DNA of 64,000 bases from Candidatus Poseidoniaceae archaeon (GCA_965659685.1 CBFHXB010000004.1:14917-78916); one strand, 5' to 3'. Counted from the stretch's first letter, positions 9,663 to 19,545 are shown. Numbers and translations are program-made. The notes: generated by a model from the letters alone, not told the origin.

Positions 9663-11447
9663 TCAAAGACGCTGGTGTGCTTTGGCAAGGCGGCCCGGCG
9701 TGCCTGCCCACTCCCATCCGGGTGCGAGGGCGCGAGCAAGTCCGACCGGGGCTCCGTCCTGCATGACCAGAAGATCGGAGCCAACGCGGACGTCACCTTC
9801 CAGACGTTCGACGATGCCAACGTGAAGGTCGCCTTTCCAAGACACGTCCGAAACCAAGTGAACCTGCGGGAGGTGTGCGCCTTCGGCCAGACGGAGCACC
9901 GCGGCCTTCGACAAGGCGAAACCACCGCGGTCGGGAGACCATTGGCCGATTTGGTCGGCACCGTTCATGATGCGAAACCTTGGGGGTCGACCGCGGACTT
10001 CTGCACCGTCCAACCATGCATCACCGCCCAAAAGACGACGCGAGGCGCTCTTCCATTCGTCCATGTGGAGGGCGTCCCTCGATCGGCGTCGAGCACCGTG
10101 CGTCCGCACGGCATCACGCACCGCTTCTCCGAGCCGCTCCAAGGCAGGGCGTGATCCTGCGGAGTCGCCTTGCCGCGTGTCCACACGGGGCAAGCCTCCG
10201 TAACACGACTCGGGCAAGGTCAGTCCAGAGTGATCCACGATGCATTGGTAGTCATGGGCTTCGATAAGAGCAGCCAGCATCTCACCGATTCGATTCACTT
10301 CATCGGCGCTCCACCGGCCGGTCACCGCCAAATCGTAGTGCTGGGCGGGCCACGTCTGTTCCAAATCCCGAGGAACCAAGCCGAGCGGGGAGGTCACCAT
10401 CACTTCGTGCACGGCGTTGGTTCCAATCGCTTCGATGAACCGTCGGTGGGATTTGGAGAACCGGTAGGGCTTCCGTGCCGAGCATGGAAGCAGCACAAGC
10501 AGACGATCAAGGCCCTCTGGCGCCCTGTAATCGGTGCTCATCCATCGGACCCAATCGGCCACAGCAGGCTCGTGGAGGCTGGTCTCGGCCATGCACATGA
10601 GGCGACGGGTGCGGGGCACGTGACGTTCGAGCAGGCCTTTCTGAGACGCACAGGCCTCGTCATGATGGCGAAGTTGAGCCACGGTGGTGGGCGCGACCAG
10701 GGCTTGCCGGTCGACCACCTGCCGAAGGGTACCGGCAGCGAGGTGTTCTCGGACTTCAGCGATGGCGGACCGCCATGCGCTCAGTTGATGCTCCATGGCT
10801 TCGGATTCTCCGAGATCGAGGGCAGGCGTCCGAGGACCACCACGGTCCAGGAGCATGCCCGATGCCGAGGCTTGTCGCGAGCGAGCAAGGTCGAACAGAT
10901 CAACTCCAAGCCACGTCAGCAACGCAAGGTTGTCCGGCCCACCGATGCCCGGCGCCCACAGCAAGGCCCCTGGAAAGCGTCGCTTGATGGCCACGAGGGC
11001 GTCGATGAAGCGACGAGGAGAACTGGTCAACGCCAAGGCATCGATCAACACGACCACCTGAGGAGCAAGGTCGGGGTCCATCAGCGCTGGATCATGCATC
11101 ATGCGCTGCCATGACACAGGGAGAAGCGGCCCTGTTCCAGCCGCTTCTCCGGCGTCCGCTTCCTCCATTTCAGGCGGCAGCACGTGCCCAAGCCCAACCG
11201 ACCACTGCGGTCCGGGGGCATCGAAGGCAGGGACCTCAAAACAGCCCCGAGAGGTCAACGTAAGGGTCGCAGGAAGGGTTCGTGTGGTGCGTGCCTCGAA
11301 GGGTGCCAAGACGACGTCCGTGGAAGGGTCGCCCTCCAACAGCACAAGCGCCGGCGTGCGCGACTGCGGCGACGCGCGGTCACCCAAGCCCCAACTTCGA
11401 GCAAACCGGTCCCTGAACTGGACGGTTCGCCCAAGCACACCGTCCAT
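9663..11447 (-). CDS. arcS: Archaeosine synthase subunit alpha (ArcS/TgtA2) with C-terminal PUA domain
   Basis: TGT-like N-terminal half (LTWLGVDLFD); LLPCSARKPYRFSKSH, HEVMVTSPLGLVPRDLE, YDLAVTGRWS; PUA-like C-terminus; start moved to ATG 11447. Confidence 0.88.
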   Translation of the reverse strand: MDGVLGRTVQFRDRFARSWGLGDRASPQSRTPALVLLEGDPSTDVVLAPFEARTTRTLPATLTLTSRGCFEVPAFDAPGPQWSVGLGHVLPPEMEEADAGEAAGTGPLLPVSWQRMMHDPALMDPDLAPQVVVLIDALALTSSPRRFIDALVAIKRRFPGALLWAPGIGGPDNLALLTWLGVDLFDLARSRQASASGMLLDRGGPRTPALDLGESEAMEHQLSAWRSAIAEVREHLAAGTLRQVVDRQALVAPTTVAQLRHHDEACASQKGLLERHVPRTRRLMCMAETSLHEPAVADWVRWMSTDYRAPEGLDRLLVLLPCSARKPYRFSKSHRRFIEAIGTNAVHEVMVTSPLGLVPRDLEQTWPAQHYDLAVTGRWSADEVNRIGEMLAALIEAHDYQCIVDHSGLTLPESCYGGLPRVDTRQGDSAGSRPALERLGEAVRDAVRTHGARRRSRDALHMDEWKSASRRLLGGDAWLDGAEVRGRPPRFRIMNGADQIGQWSPDRGGFALSKAAVLRLAEGAHLPQVHLVSDVSWKGDLHVGIVERLEGDVRVGSDLLVMQDGAPVGLARALAPGWEWAGTPGRLAKAHQRL

Positions 11448-11471
11448 GCCCGTCGGCAGCAGGACCTGCAC

Positions 11472-11502
11472 TTCAAAGCGGTGCCAAGACGAGGGCTTCA
11501 AA
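11472..11502. promoter_or_regulatory. Back-to-back TATA-like boxes of the divergent arcS / surface-protein promoter
   Basis: TTCAAA at 11497-11502 lies 23 nt before ATG 11526 (+); TTTGAA on the minus strand at 11477-11472 lies 24 nt before ATG 11447. Confidence 0.5.
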
Positions 11503-11525
11503 CGATGTTGGGGGACCCGGGAACC

Positions 11526-13700
11526 ATGGCGAAGCGAGGGGCGGCCGCGCTGCTCGTCCTCCTCATGTGCAGTCTCCCATTTGCGAGCGCATCGGCCGAC
11601 ACAACCCTCGTCACCCATGACGAGGAACGCTTGGTGGTCCAAGGGAACGCAGGTGCAACATGGTCAACGACGCTCAACCTCGACGCAACCCAACGAGGTC
11701 TCTTCGTGGTTGCATGCGGAAGTTGCGAGGCAAGCGTCGAGGATGCGGCAGGAACCGCCCTCGCCTCCGGCGTAGGTGGCTTGGACCTCACCCACCGACC
11801 CGAAGTAGCCGGCACTTTGACCCTGCAGGTCACCTTCGTCGTGGAGGAAAGCGCCACCGTGCTCCTCCTCGCATCGACGATGACGGAGGTCCCCAACCGC
11901 CCCGCTCCGGGCGAGGACGTCATCTCGACCGTCCTTGCCCCGTCCGGAGCGGGGGATGCATGGTGGACGGGAACCGACCACGTCCGTCTGAACGGTGGAT
12001 GGCAAGGCGCAGCGACGGCGGTGGTGAACGTCTCAGCGGATTCAACCGCATACGTCCTTGCAGAAACCGAAGAACCCGCATGGGTGGACGTGCTGGTGCA
12101 GCACGCCTCGAGCGAAATTGACCTCCGACTCATCCTCCAAAACAACACTGTGGAAGTCACGCACGCAAGTTTGACGCTGACGCAAGACGACCTTCCGTTC
12201 AGCCATCGGATGTTCTTGGACGCAGATCAGCGGGCGATGATGCTCATCGAAGGTACGGCCCCAAACACAGGAGCCGCCGTGGCCATGGCGTCCCACCCGA
12301 CTTCGGGGGCCATGGATGAAGTGGCGGGAGAGGATTCCAAGCGGGTCGTGGGACACGGTGGTCAAATCAAGGTCTACGACGTCAACGACACTGATGCCTT
12401 GCGGGTCACACCGGCCTTAGGAACAGAATTTCGAGCCGAGCATCTGGTTCAGGGCACATGGGTGGCAACGTCGAACGCAACCTCCACCCAACCGAGGACG
12501 GTGTGGGCCCTTCCAGGCGCCGTTGCGCTTCGGTTGACGTGCATCAGCCCGACCTGCTCCGCGGACGTGGCGCTCACCGAAGCCTCTGACCTCCGCAGCG
12601 GCGAGGACGCGCAAGGTTACGTGGACCTGAGCGATGAACTCCTTCGCCAAGGAGGAAGTGCAGGGTACCTTCCGTTGAATGGAAGCGCAAACGGCCACCT
12701 CGTGCGCGCAACGCTCGACGTGGCCGACGTCTTCCCGTTCCAGATCGATGCTTGGGAAGATTCCATCCATTTGGTCAAGGTCACCGTATGGACCTCTGAA
12801 CCGGTCATGCTGGAACTGATTCCAATCGATCCAATCACTGGCACCGTCGACGAGGACGAGCGCAAGCACGAGGTGGTCAGCGGCCAAGGCGAGAGCCTCA
12901 GTGCGCAATTCGGCCGGGGTGCGCACCTCGTTCGCATCAGTTTGGTCAACCCGGATGAGGTGCTGAACGGCACGTGGGGCAGCGATTTGGCCACGCTCAA
13001 TTACACCTTGGAAATGGCCCATGGCGTGGTGGATGAAGGCGATGAACCGTGGTTTGAACCGGACGAGGCTTCTCAAATTTGGGGCGCAAGGGTCCGTTGG
13101 ATCCTCGGGTTCTGTTTCTTGATCCCTGTGGCCTATCTTGCACGCATGCAGCGCAGGCGAACCTTGCTTGCAAACACCTTGCGCGCACAGCGTGAGCGCC
13201 TTCGACAGATCGTCGCTCGCCTTGACGAGGGCCGCCCAGTGGCTCAGGAACGACGGGACCTCCACCTCGCCCTCGATGCCGTGGCCACCTTGGATTTCGA
13301 AGACGCGTGCTTGAGTTGGGGGCAACCCGACCTGCAACATCGAACCGACGAACTTGCCTTTGCCGCCTGGCGTCTCGACCGACGCTTGGCACAGCACGGG
13401 GCGCATGTCGTGCTCGTTGGATTGGCTGCTGGCCCACGAACTTGGGAAGCGACGGCCTTGCGCTTCGACGCTCCCATCGGTGCGGCGTGTGAGGTCAAAG
13501 CGGTGGAACCGCGCTTCATGCATCACGGGGAGGACGTCTTCCTGGACACCATTCGAGCGGGGACGGTCGTGTTCCTGACCGTAGAACTGGACGGAGCGAA
13601 CACCTTGGTGGACCTCGAAGTCAACGGCCTTGTGGACGCGAAACCAAGGGCAGCACGCGCAAGTGCACCGCTCGAACTCGTCTCCACCGAAGAGGCGTGA
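11526..13700 (+). CDS. Single-pass membrane protein: large extracellular beta-rich region, TM, ~190-aa cytoplasmic domain
   Basis: Signal peptide MAKRGAAALLVLLMCSLPFASASA; TM WILGFCFLIPVAYL; charged helical segment then beta-rich C-terminal domain. Confidence 0.7.
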   Translation: MAKRGAAALLVLLMCSLPFASASADTTLVTHDEERLVVQGNAGATWSTTLNLDATQRGLFVVACGSCEASVEDAAGTALASGVGGLDLTHRPEVAGTLTLQVTFVVEESATVLLLASTMTEVPNRPAPGEDVISTVLAPSGAGDAWWTGTDHVRLNGGWQGAATAVVNVSADSTAYVLAETEEPAWVDVLVQHASSEIDLRLILQNNTVEVTHASLTLTQDDLPFSHRMFLDADQRAMMLIEGTAPNTGAAVAMASHPTSGAMDEVAGEDSKRVVGHGGQIKVYDVNDTDALRVTPALGTEFRAEHLVQGTWVATSNATSTQPRTVWALPGAVALRLTCISPTCSADVALTEASDLRSGEDAQGYVDLSDELLRQGGSAGYLPLNGSANGHLVRATLDVADVFPFQIDAWEDSIHLVKVTVWTSEPVMLELIPIDPITGTVDEDERKHEVVSGQGESLSAQFGRGAHLVRISLVNPDEVLNGTWGSDLATLNYTLEMAHGVVDEGDEPWFEPDEASQIWGARVRWILGFCFLIPVAYLARMQRRRTLLANTLRAQRERLRQIVARLDEGRPVAQERRDLHLALDAVATLDFEDACLSWGQPDLQHRTDELAFAAWRLDRRLAQHGAHVVLVGLAAGPRTWEATALRFDAPIGAACEVKAVEPRFMHHGEDVFLDTIRAGTVVFLTVELDGANTLVDLEVNGLVDAKPRAARASAPLELVSTEEA

Positions 13701-14816
13701 TCAACCGCCGCGCCTTCGCGTGTCGGCCTCTTCCCGAATTCTTTCGTGCAGGTCGCTCGGGGCCAAGTCCTCGCGCAACTCCTCGAGGGCGGTGCGGATT
13801 TTTCGAGAAAATTTGGTCGGCATGTGGAGCTTGAGCAGAACGATGACGTCACCACGCCCACCGCCACGCAACCGGGGGAATCCCCTGCGAGGGATGTCGA
13901 TGGTGTCGCCTGCGGTCGAACCTTTTGGCACTCTGATTTCGAGGGGAGACCCGTCGAGGTGATCCAAAGTGATCGTGGTGCCGAGCGCCAAGTCCGCATA
14001 GCCGAGAGGAAGGGACATGATGAGGTCGCTCCGGCTCCGCTCAAACCAAGGATGTGGGGAGACTTCGAGTTCGACCAGGAAATCCCCTGCGGGTTGGCCG
14101 TCTCGGCCAGGTTCGCCTTTCCCACGCAGCCGAAGTCGTGTCCCGTCCTCCGCTCCGGCTGGAATGCCAAATCGGACGGTGGTGGTCCGCTCAACACGGC
14201 CTCGGCCCTTGCAGGCTTTGCAGGTGGTTCTGGGGATTTTCCCACGCCCATCGCATGACGAACAGGTGCGGTTTTGTTGCGTTTGGAACGGTCCCATCTG
14301 CACCACACGGGAAATGACACCCCGTCCAGAGCAGTCTGTACAGGTGTCCAGCACCCCCCCTTCTGCCCCGGTGCTTGAGCATGGAGAACAAGGCGCTGGT
14401 AGGTCCAGTTCAATTTCTTCCTCGGTGCCGTTCATCACGTCTTCACTCGACACGGTGTGCCGGTAGAGGATGTCGCTGCCACGGCCGGAGCGTTGCCCAC
14501 CGCCACCTCCTCCACCAAAGAAGGCTGAGAAAATGTCCGAACCACCGAAGAGGTCGCTCAAATCAACGTTGAAACCGCCACCAAAACCGCCGCTGGGTCC
14601 ATCGTGGCCAAAGCGGTCGTATTGCCCCCGCTTCCCGGGGTCGGAGAGGACCGCATACGCTTCCTGAATCTCCTTGAAGCGGTCTTCGGCATCGGGCTCA
14701 TCGCTTCGATCCGGGTGGTATTTGCGTGCCAGCCGTCGAAAGGCGTTCTTCAGCGCCTTCTCATCGGCATCGCGATCGAGGCCCAACACCTCGTAGTAAT
14801 CGCGCTTCCCGCTCAT
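13701..14816 (-). CDS. dnaJ: Chaperone DnaJ (type I)
   Basis: J-domain with HPD, G/F-rich linker, four CxxCxGxG-type zinc motifs, C-terminal domain. Confidence 0.97.
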   Translation of the reverse strand: MSGKRDYYEVLGLDRDADEKALKNAFRRLARKYHPDRSDEPDAEDRFKEIQEAYAVLSDPGKRGQYDRFGHDGPSGGFGGGFNVDLSDLFGGSDIFSAFFGGGGGGGQRSGRGSDILYRHTVSSEDVMNGTEEEIELDLPAPCSPCSSTGAEGGVLDTCTDCSGRGVISRVVQMGPFQTQQNRTCSSCDGRGKIPRTTCKACKGRGRVERTTTVRFGIPAGAEDGTRLRLRGKGEPGRDGQPAGDFLVELEVSPHPWFERSRSDLIMSLPLGYADLALGTTITLDHLDGSPLEIRVPKGSTAGDTIDIPRRGFPRLRGGGRGDVIVLLKLHMPTKFSRKIRTALEELREDLAPSDLHERIREEADTRRRGG

Positions 14817-14873
14817 CTCGGCCCCGGCTTGTCGGCTCGGGGGGCCGCCTTCAACCCAACGCCCCTGCGAAGG

Positions 14874-15635
14874 TCAGACGGAGACGGGTGGAAGGACCGT
14901 TCCACATTGGGGACAAAAGCGGTCCTCGGGCTCATGCCGGGCTCCACAAGCCCCGCAAGCATACACCGGTTCAGGTGGTGGCGCCATCTGGACCGGTGCA
15001 GCAGGGAACTGGGGGTCGTACGTCTCAGATGCACCGGGAATGGGCGCAACGGGCCGTGTGGCGATCAGCGGGTCATTTTCCGCCCGTTGGGTCAAGGCCG
15101 CACGCCTCCGCTCTTCGCGGAATTGGGCAAGGTCATCCCCACGACGAAAGAAGCGACCGAGGGCATCCAAAAAGCGGTCCATTCCAGACGCCTTGCCTGA
15201 AGCACCCACGGTACGCTGAACACCATCAGTGGGCTGTAGGCGCATTCCGTGCACCGTTTCGACGTCCACTTCCATCTCGATGTTGAGTTCGCTGCCCTCG
15301 CGCGTCAAGCCTCCAACCTTGGCGCCGGCATCGATGCTGAGTGGACGTGATTCGGGAGGTGCATCGTTTCGGTCCCACAAACCCTGTTCTTCGGCTTTGA
15401 ACACGGTCTTCAAGCCCTTCAAGGAGGCCGAGCGTCGATGCTCGTGGTCACGCTCCACCCTGGCTCGACGAAACAGGAGAAAACCCGCCGCGGCAAGCGC
15501 ACCGTAGAAGACCCAGCGAAACCAAGGCGACACGTCAAGCATCGCATTGAGGGGTGTCACGGTCACGTCAAGCCCGATACCAATGACGACCGGGGTCACC
15601 AACAGCCCTTGCGAAATGCCGCCACGAGCCGCCAT
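14874..15635 (-). CDS. Membrane protein (2 N-terminal TMs) with C-terminal zinc ribbon
   Basis: Hydrophobic N-terminus; terminal CGAC-x10-CPQC. Confidence 0.65.
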   Translation of the reverse strand: MAARGGISQGLLVTPVVIGIGLDVTVTPLNAMLDVSPWFRWVFYGALAAAGFLLFRRARVERDHEHRRSASLKGLKTVFKAEEQGLWDRNDAPPESRPLSIDAGAKVGGLTREGSELNIEMEVDVETVHGMRLQPTDGVQRTVGASGKASGMDRFLDALGRFFRRGDDLAQFREERRRAALTQRAENDPLIATRPVAPIPGASETYDPQFPAAPVQMAPPPEPVYACGACGARHEPEDRFCPQCGTVLPPVSV

Positions 15636-15683
15636 GGGTTCACCACCCTCACCGTTCAGGCATAGAGGTTCGTCCGGGATGTT

Positions 15684-16706
15684 CTATCGGTCGCGCTTCT
15701 TGGGAGGCCCCAAAACAAGCGAACGAAGCAAACCGAGGCTGAACCCTGAGTGGAGCATCACCAAACAGAATGGAACGCCAAACACGTGGGACAGCTTTCC
15801 AGCGGTGAAGGTCGAAGCGAGGCCCGCGCCCAAAAGCACAACGAGGTATGCGCCGACGGGCACAGGCAACCACCAGGGTGCAGTCGCCATTAGGAGGCAA
15901 CACAACACCGCACCAAAGAGCGGTGCGAATTCCCGAGGATCTGCACGGCTAGGATGCGACCGGAGCAAGCGGCCGCGCCAATAGCCGTACCTGACCGCCA
16001 TGCGCCAATGCCCACGGAGGGAAGCCCTGCGGTGCATCCGAACCGTCACCGATGGATCCCGTTCAATGACCCCTCCATGCGCAAGAAGACGCATCGACAG
16101 ATCGCTGTCTTGGCTGGTGGCATAGGATGCATCCCAACCTCCCACCGCTTCCACAGCACTGCGCAGATGTGTTGCGAAGGCGGGAACTTTCGTTGGTCCG
16201 GCTTTGGAGAAGGCAGCAAATTGACCGCCACCGCGTCCGAACCGTGACCGCAAAGCCCCGTCCACCCAACCTTCCACCATGGTGGTCGGCCGTTCAGGGC
16301 CGAGCACGCGCACCCCGAGCGCCACCAAGCGCTCATCGTGGCGTCCCTCGGCGTCGGACCATGCTTGCCGCCGTGAGGAAAGGTGGTCGGATGGAATTCG
16401 AAGATGGCCAATGAGCTCCACCAAAAGGCCAACGTCGTCGGAAAGATACTTCATGGCCAGATTTCGTGCGTGAGGCACGGTCCGTTTTGGGTTGTCGAGC
16501 ACCAAAAAACCGTGACCGCTTTTGGGAACATGACACGACAGAATGTCCTGCGTACCGTCGGTGGAGCCACCGTCGAGCACGATGACCTCAAACTCGGACG
16601 CAGGCAAATCCTGTGCATCGAGGTCGGCGAGCAAATCCGCGAGGTGGGCAGCCTCGTCAAGGACGGGTATGACCACCGCCATCCGGGGGGTTGTGGGACC
16701 GCTCAC
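15684..16706 (-). CDS. GT2 family glycosyltransferase (ExoA-like) with C-terminal TMs
   Basis: VVIPVLDE, VLDGGSTDGT, ARNLA, SQDSDLSMRL, YGYWRG; hydrophobic C-terminus; GTG 16706 after GGAGG. Confidence 0.88.
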   Translation of the reverse strand: MSGPTTPRMAVVIPVLDEAAHLADLLADLDAQDLPASEFEVIVLDGGSTDGTQDILSCHVPKSGHGFLVLDNPKRTVPHARNLAMKYLSDDVGLLVELIGHLRIPSDHLSSRRQAWSDAEGRHDERLVALGVRVLGPERPTTMVEGWVDGALRSRFGRGGGQFAAFSKAGPTKVPAFATHLRSAVEAVGGWDASYATSQDSDLSMRLLAHGGVIERDPSVTVRMHRRASLRGHWRMAVRYGYWRGRLLRSHPSRADPREFAPLFGAVLCCLLMATAPWWLPVPVGAYLVVLLGAGLASTFTAGKLSHVFGVPFCLVMLHSGFSLGLLRSLVLGPPKKRDR

Positions 16707-16791
16707 GACCTTTCCTCCCCACCTTCTGACTTGATGATGTCCCCCGTCATTGGCCCGATGGCTTGAGAACCGTGACCACGTCGGAGAAGCG

Positions 16792-17313
16792 ATGACCGCC
16801 CCACGTGTTCGCCTCACCGGCGTCGACGAAGGGATGCACGTCACGGTGCGGACGCGAATCAGGGGGGCGGAGGACGGCGCGCGTGTCGGCGAAGCCTTTG
16901 CCGTGCTCTTCCCAGATGCTCCTCATGTGGACTGGCCAGGTTCACCGACGTACCCCAATCAGCAGGACGTGACCCTCGAGGTCGCCAATGTCCCACTGGA
17001 CACCTTTCTGAGGAAACTCCACGACCAACGCATCCTCGACACGGCCTTGGACGCCATGGGTTCCAACCTCGAAGGGCACACCGTGATGTTCTCCATCGAA
17101 CGGGTTGCGGCTTTGGCCGGAAAGGTCACCTTTGGCCTGCCCGGCCACACCTCACTCGGCGGCGTGTTTGACGTCGAAATCACCGGCGAGGGGGTGGAGG
17201 ATTGGTTGCTTGCAGCCACCCATCACCAAGGGCGTGCTCACGTGCCTCGCAAACTTGGTGACGAACGAGCCATGGACGAAGACGGAGAAGCCGTCACGTG
17301 GTTTGAGCGGTGA
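16792..17313 (+). CDS. DUF54/COG1931-like predicted RNA-binding protein
   Basis: AEDGARVGEAFAVLFP, KLHDQRILDTA, VAALAGKVTF, SLGGVFDVEI; TTGAGA box 23 nt upstream of ATG 16792. Confidence 0.7.
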   Translation: MTAPRVRLTGVDEGMHVTVRTRIRGAEDGARVGEAFAVLFPDAPHVDWPGSPTYPNQQDVTLEVANVPLDTFLRKLHDQRILDTALDAMGSNLEGHTVMFSIERVAALAGKVTFGLPGHTSLGGVFDVEITGEGVEDWLLAATHHQGRAHVPRKLGDERAMDEDGEAVTWFER

Positions 17314-18306
17314 TCAACCGGTCGCTACGAGCGTCAAAATGACGTCGCGATCGGGTCCAAGCCACTCGAAGGCATCGACCTCATCAGTCGGGCCAAACCA
17401 TCGAAGGGCGTCGTGGGCTTCAGAAGAGAAGGCATCGGGGAGGGCCGTCACGGGGTGCACGTCGATGACGTTGATGCGGTAGCGACGCCACGTTTGCATG
17501 CCCCACCACGCTCCCCGGCGTGCTCCGGGCGTGACCTCAAGGCCAAGTTCTTCCATCCACTCGCGGACTACGGCCTCTTCGAGGCCTTCACCGGACTCGA
17601 ATTTGCCCCCTGGCAGTTCCCATTGTCCTGCCGCTGCCTCCTTCGCTCCACGCCGGGCAATCAAGACCCGTGGGCCATCGAACAGGGCCCCTGCTGCAAC
17701 CTCGACCACGGGAGGAAAGAGCATGCGTTCAAGCACGGAAACGACGGCTTCACGGCTTCGATCAAGCGACCAATGCTCCTCGGACGGGAGGTGGAGAAAG
17801 AGGACGGGAGGAGCATCGTCAAGGGAGACGGTCGCGGCAAGCGTCCGATGGAGGGTTTCGTTGCAGACGTACCCCCCTGCATCGTCGGACCACGACAAGT
17901 CAGGATCACATGCAGGGAGATCGAAGCGAACACGGTCCACGCCTGCCGCGTGGTCTCCGGAACCTGTGATTGGACCACGTTCCACCTGCCGACCGGCATT
18001 GTCGGGAACCCGCATGGTCATCTCGTCGCGGCCCATCCACTCCAACCGGGCATTGGTGCAGGTGCCACAGAGGCCGAGGTGCAACACCGCGTCCCACCGT
18101 TCGCCTTCCAACAGCCGTTTGGCGGTTTCGGAAGCCCCCACTTCGTCGACAGAAAGGACCCGAGGCTCCACCGTCACGTCTTCGGATGCATGGCTCCAAG
18201 GATCGTGTACCTTCATTGCGTTCGGCCACGTTTCGACCAAGGCTTCCGTGGGGTTGACAGAATGGGAAGCAAAGGCACCAAAGCCCGTGATCAGCACCCG
18301 CCTCAT
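17314..18306 (-). CDS. Fusion: pyroglutamyl-peptidase I (peptidase C15) + MutT-like NUDIX hydrolase
   Basis: VLITGFGAF...NPT, LHLG, RLE (Glu), AGGYVCN (Cys), FLHLP (His); then intact Nudix box GGKFESGEGLEEAVVREWMEELG; start ATG 18306. Confidence 0.88.
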   Translation of the reverse strand: MRRVLITGFGAFASHSVNPTEALVETWPNAMKVHDPWSHASEDVTVEPRVLSVDEVGASETAKRLLEGERWDAVLHLGLCGTCTNARLEWMGRDEMTMRVPDNAGRQVERGPITGSGDHAAGVDRVRFDLPACDPDLSWSDDAGGYVCNETLHRTLAATVSLDDAPPVLFLHLPSEEHWSLDRSREAVVSVLERMLFPPVVEVAAGALFDGPRVLIARRGAKEAAAGQWELPGGKFESGEGLEEAVVREWMEELGLEVTPGARRGAWWGMQTWRRYRINVIDVHPVTALPDAFSSEAHDALRWFGPTDEVDAFEWLGPDRDVILTLVATG

Positions 18307-18388
18307 GGTTGGCGCTACCGTCGAAGGAACATGATGTCGTCGCCCGCAACGCCAACACGTTGAGAAGGAAGCAGGTCTCCATTCGGGC

Positions 18389-18724
18389 ATGGGTGAGGAC
18401 TTGGTGGTGTCCTTACCGGTTGAGGCCCCCCGTCGCGTGGGCCCCTTGACCCTCATGAAGGAGATTTGGCGCGAGATCACCTTCGGCATCGGCGTGTGGG
18501 GTTCTGCACGGCCGTTGTTCACCGTGCTCCTCGCCGCCGTTCCCTTCCTCTTCCTCGGTCAACACCTCAACAGGGAACACCGCAAAGGCATCGACTACGG
18601 CTTCCTCCAAATCCCGTTGGCCCTGACCGTTGTGCTTTGGATTGGCCTCTATCTGTGGTCCATTTTCGATGCCTGGCGCTCGGCCACGGCCATCGTGGCC
18701 CGCGGAGGGTTGGCGTCCGATTAA
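18389..18724 (+). CDS. Small membrane protein (2-3 TMs)
   Basis: Hydrophobic helices, ends WSIFDAWRSA; TTGAGA box 23 nt upstream. Confidence 0.6.
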   Translation: MGEDLVVSLPVEAPRRVGPLTLMKEIWREITFGIGVWGSARPLFTVLLAAVPFLFLGQHLNREHRKGIDYGFLQIPLALTVVLWIGLYLWSIFDAWRSATAIVARGGLASD

Positions 18725-19509
18725 GGACGCCAGAGTTGTTGCTCAGCGTCCAAATCTCCGGACGCCAAATCGGACAAATCGGCCCGGTCATCGTCGTCAA
18801 AGTCGTTGGGCAATTGGCCACTAAAGATCGCTCCGAGGGATGAGGATTCCACCGCCCAGTACATCACGGAATCTTCGTTCGAGGAATGGCCTGGATGGTC
18901 AGCATCCTCGTGATCACGTGGCGAGGTGTAGACGAGGTTGACAAGGCCCAAGAGATGACCGACTTCGTGCAAGGTGACGCTGTTCTCAATGTCTTCTGCA
19001 CTCGGCCGACGAAGGACGTTCTCAGCATCGTCGATGCTGTCCCGGAACACCGCCACATCGGCCGCGTTCACGGCGACGCCGAGAACGCTGTCATCATCGT
19101 AGCCTCCGGAAGGGAACAGCACGTGCCACCGTAGGGTGGTGCCGTCCATCGGGGGTGATTCCCGGTGTTCAAGGGCTTGCGCGCGCACGTCGTCAGCACT
19201 CCAGTCGCCGGTTGAAGCAAACTCGGTCTCGGTGATGTCCGCACGGATGCCGTCCGGCTTGTCGCAGACCTCCTCAAGCCGGTCGATCAGCAGGTCAACC
19301 GTGGTGGCCTCAGGTGCATAGCCTGGGGCGTGATCAATCTCGATGACCATGTCTGTGAACTGGGCGGAGGAAAGGCAAGCCAACGTGAGGCCACCCGGGA
19401 CTCCACGTTGCTCAGGCAGGGCGTCAACGATGCCATCACGGATTCCTCCGAGGCATCCTTGCAGCAGCATGAGGCTCGCCAGAAAGAGCGCCAACATCAC
19501 CCGCTGCAT
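18721..19509 (-). CDS. Lipoprotein zinc metallopeptidase (metzincin-like)
   Basis: Lipobox LLQGC; HEVGHLLGL zinc motif; His-rich HEDADHPGH; Met-turn SVMY; TTCAAA box 23 nt upstream. Confidence 0.75.
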   Translation of the reverse strand: MQRVMLALFLASLMLLQGCLGGIRDGIVDALPEQRGVPGGLTLACLSSAQFTDMVIEIDHAPGYAPEATTVDLLIDRLEEVCDKPDGIRADITETEFASTGDWSADDVRAQALEHRESPPMDGTTLRWHVLFPSGGYDDDSVLGVAVNAADVAVFRDSIDDAENVLRRPSAEDIENSVTLHEVGHLLGLVNLVYTSPRDHEDADHPGHSSNEDSVMYWAVESSSLGAIFSGQLPNDFDDDDRADLSDLASGDLDAEQQLWRP

Positions 19510-19545
19510 GGTTGTGGCTCTCCTGCGATTGATTTGAACCCGCGC

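Noticed and set aside
13701-14816. dnaJ without adjacent dnaK/grpE
   Set aside because: Unlinked or extra dnaJ copies are common; the rest of the genome is not visible
15684-16706. GT2 as part of a glycosylation island with aglB
   Set aside because: A single GT 27 kb from aglB, with no flippase or nucleotide-sugar genes nearby; the link cannot be supported from this window
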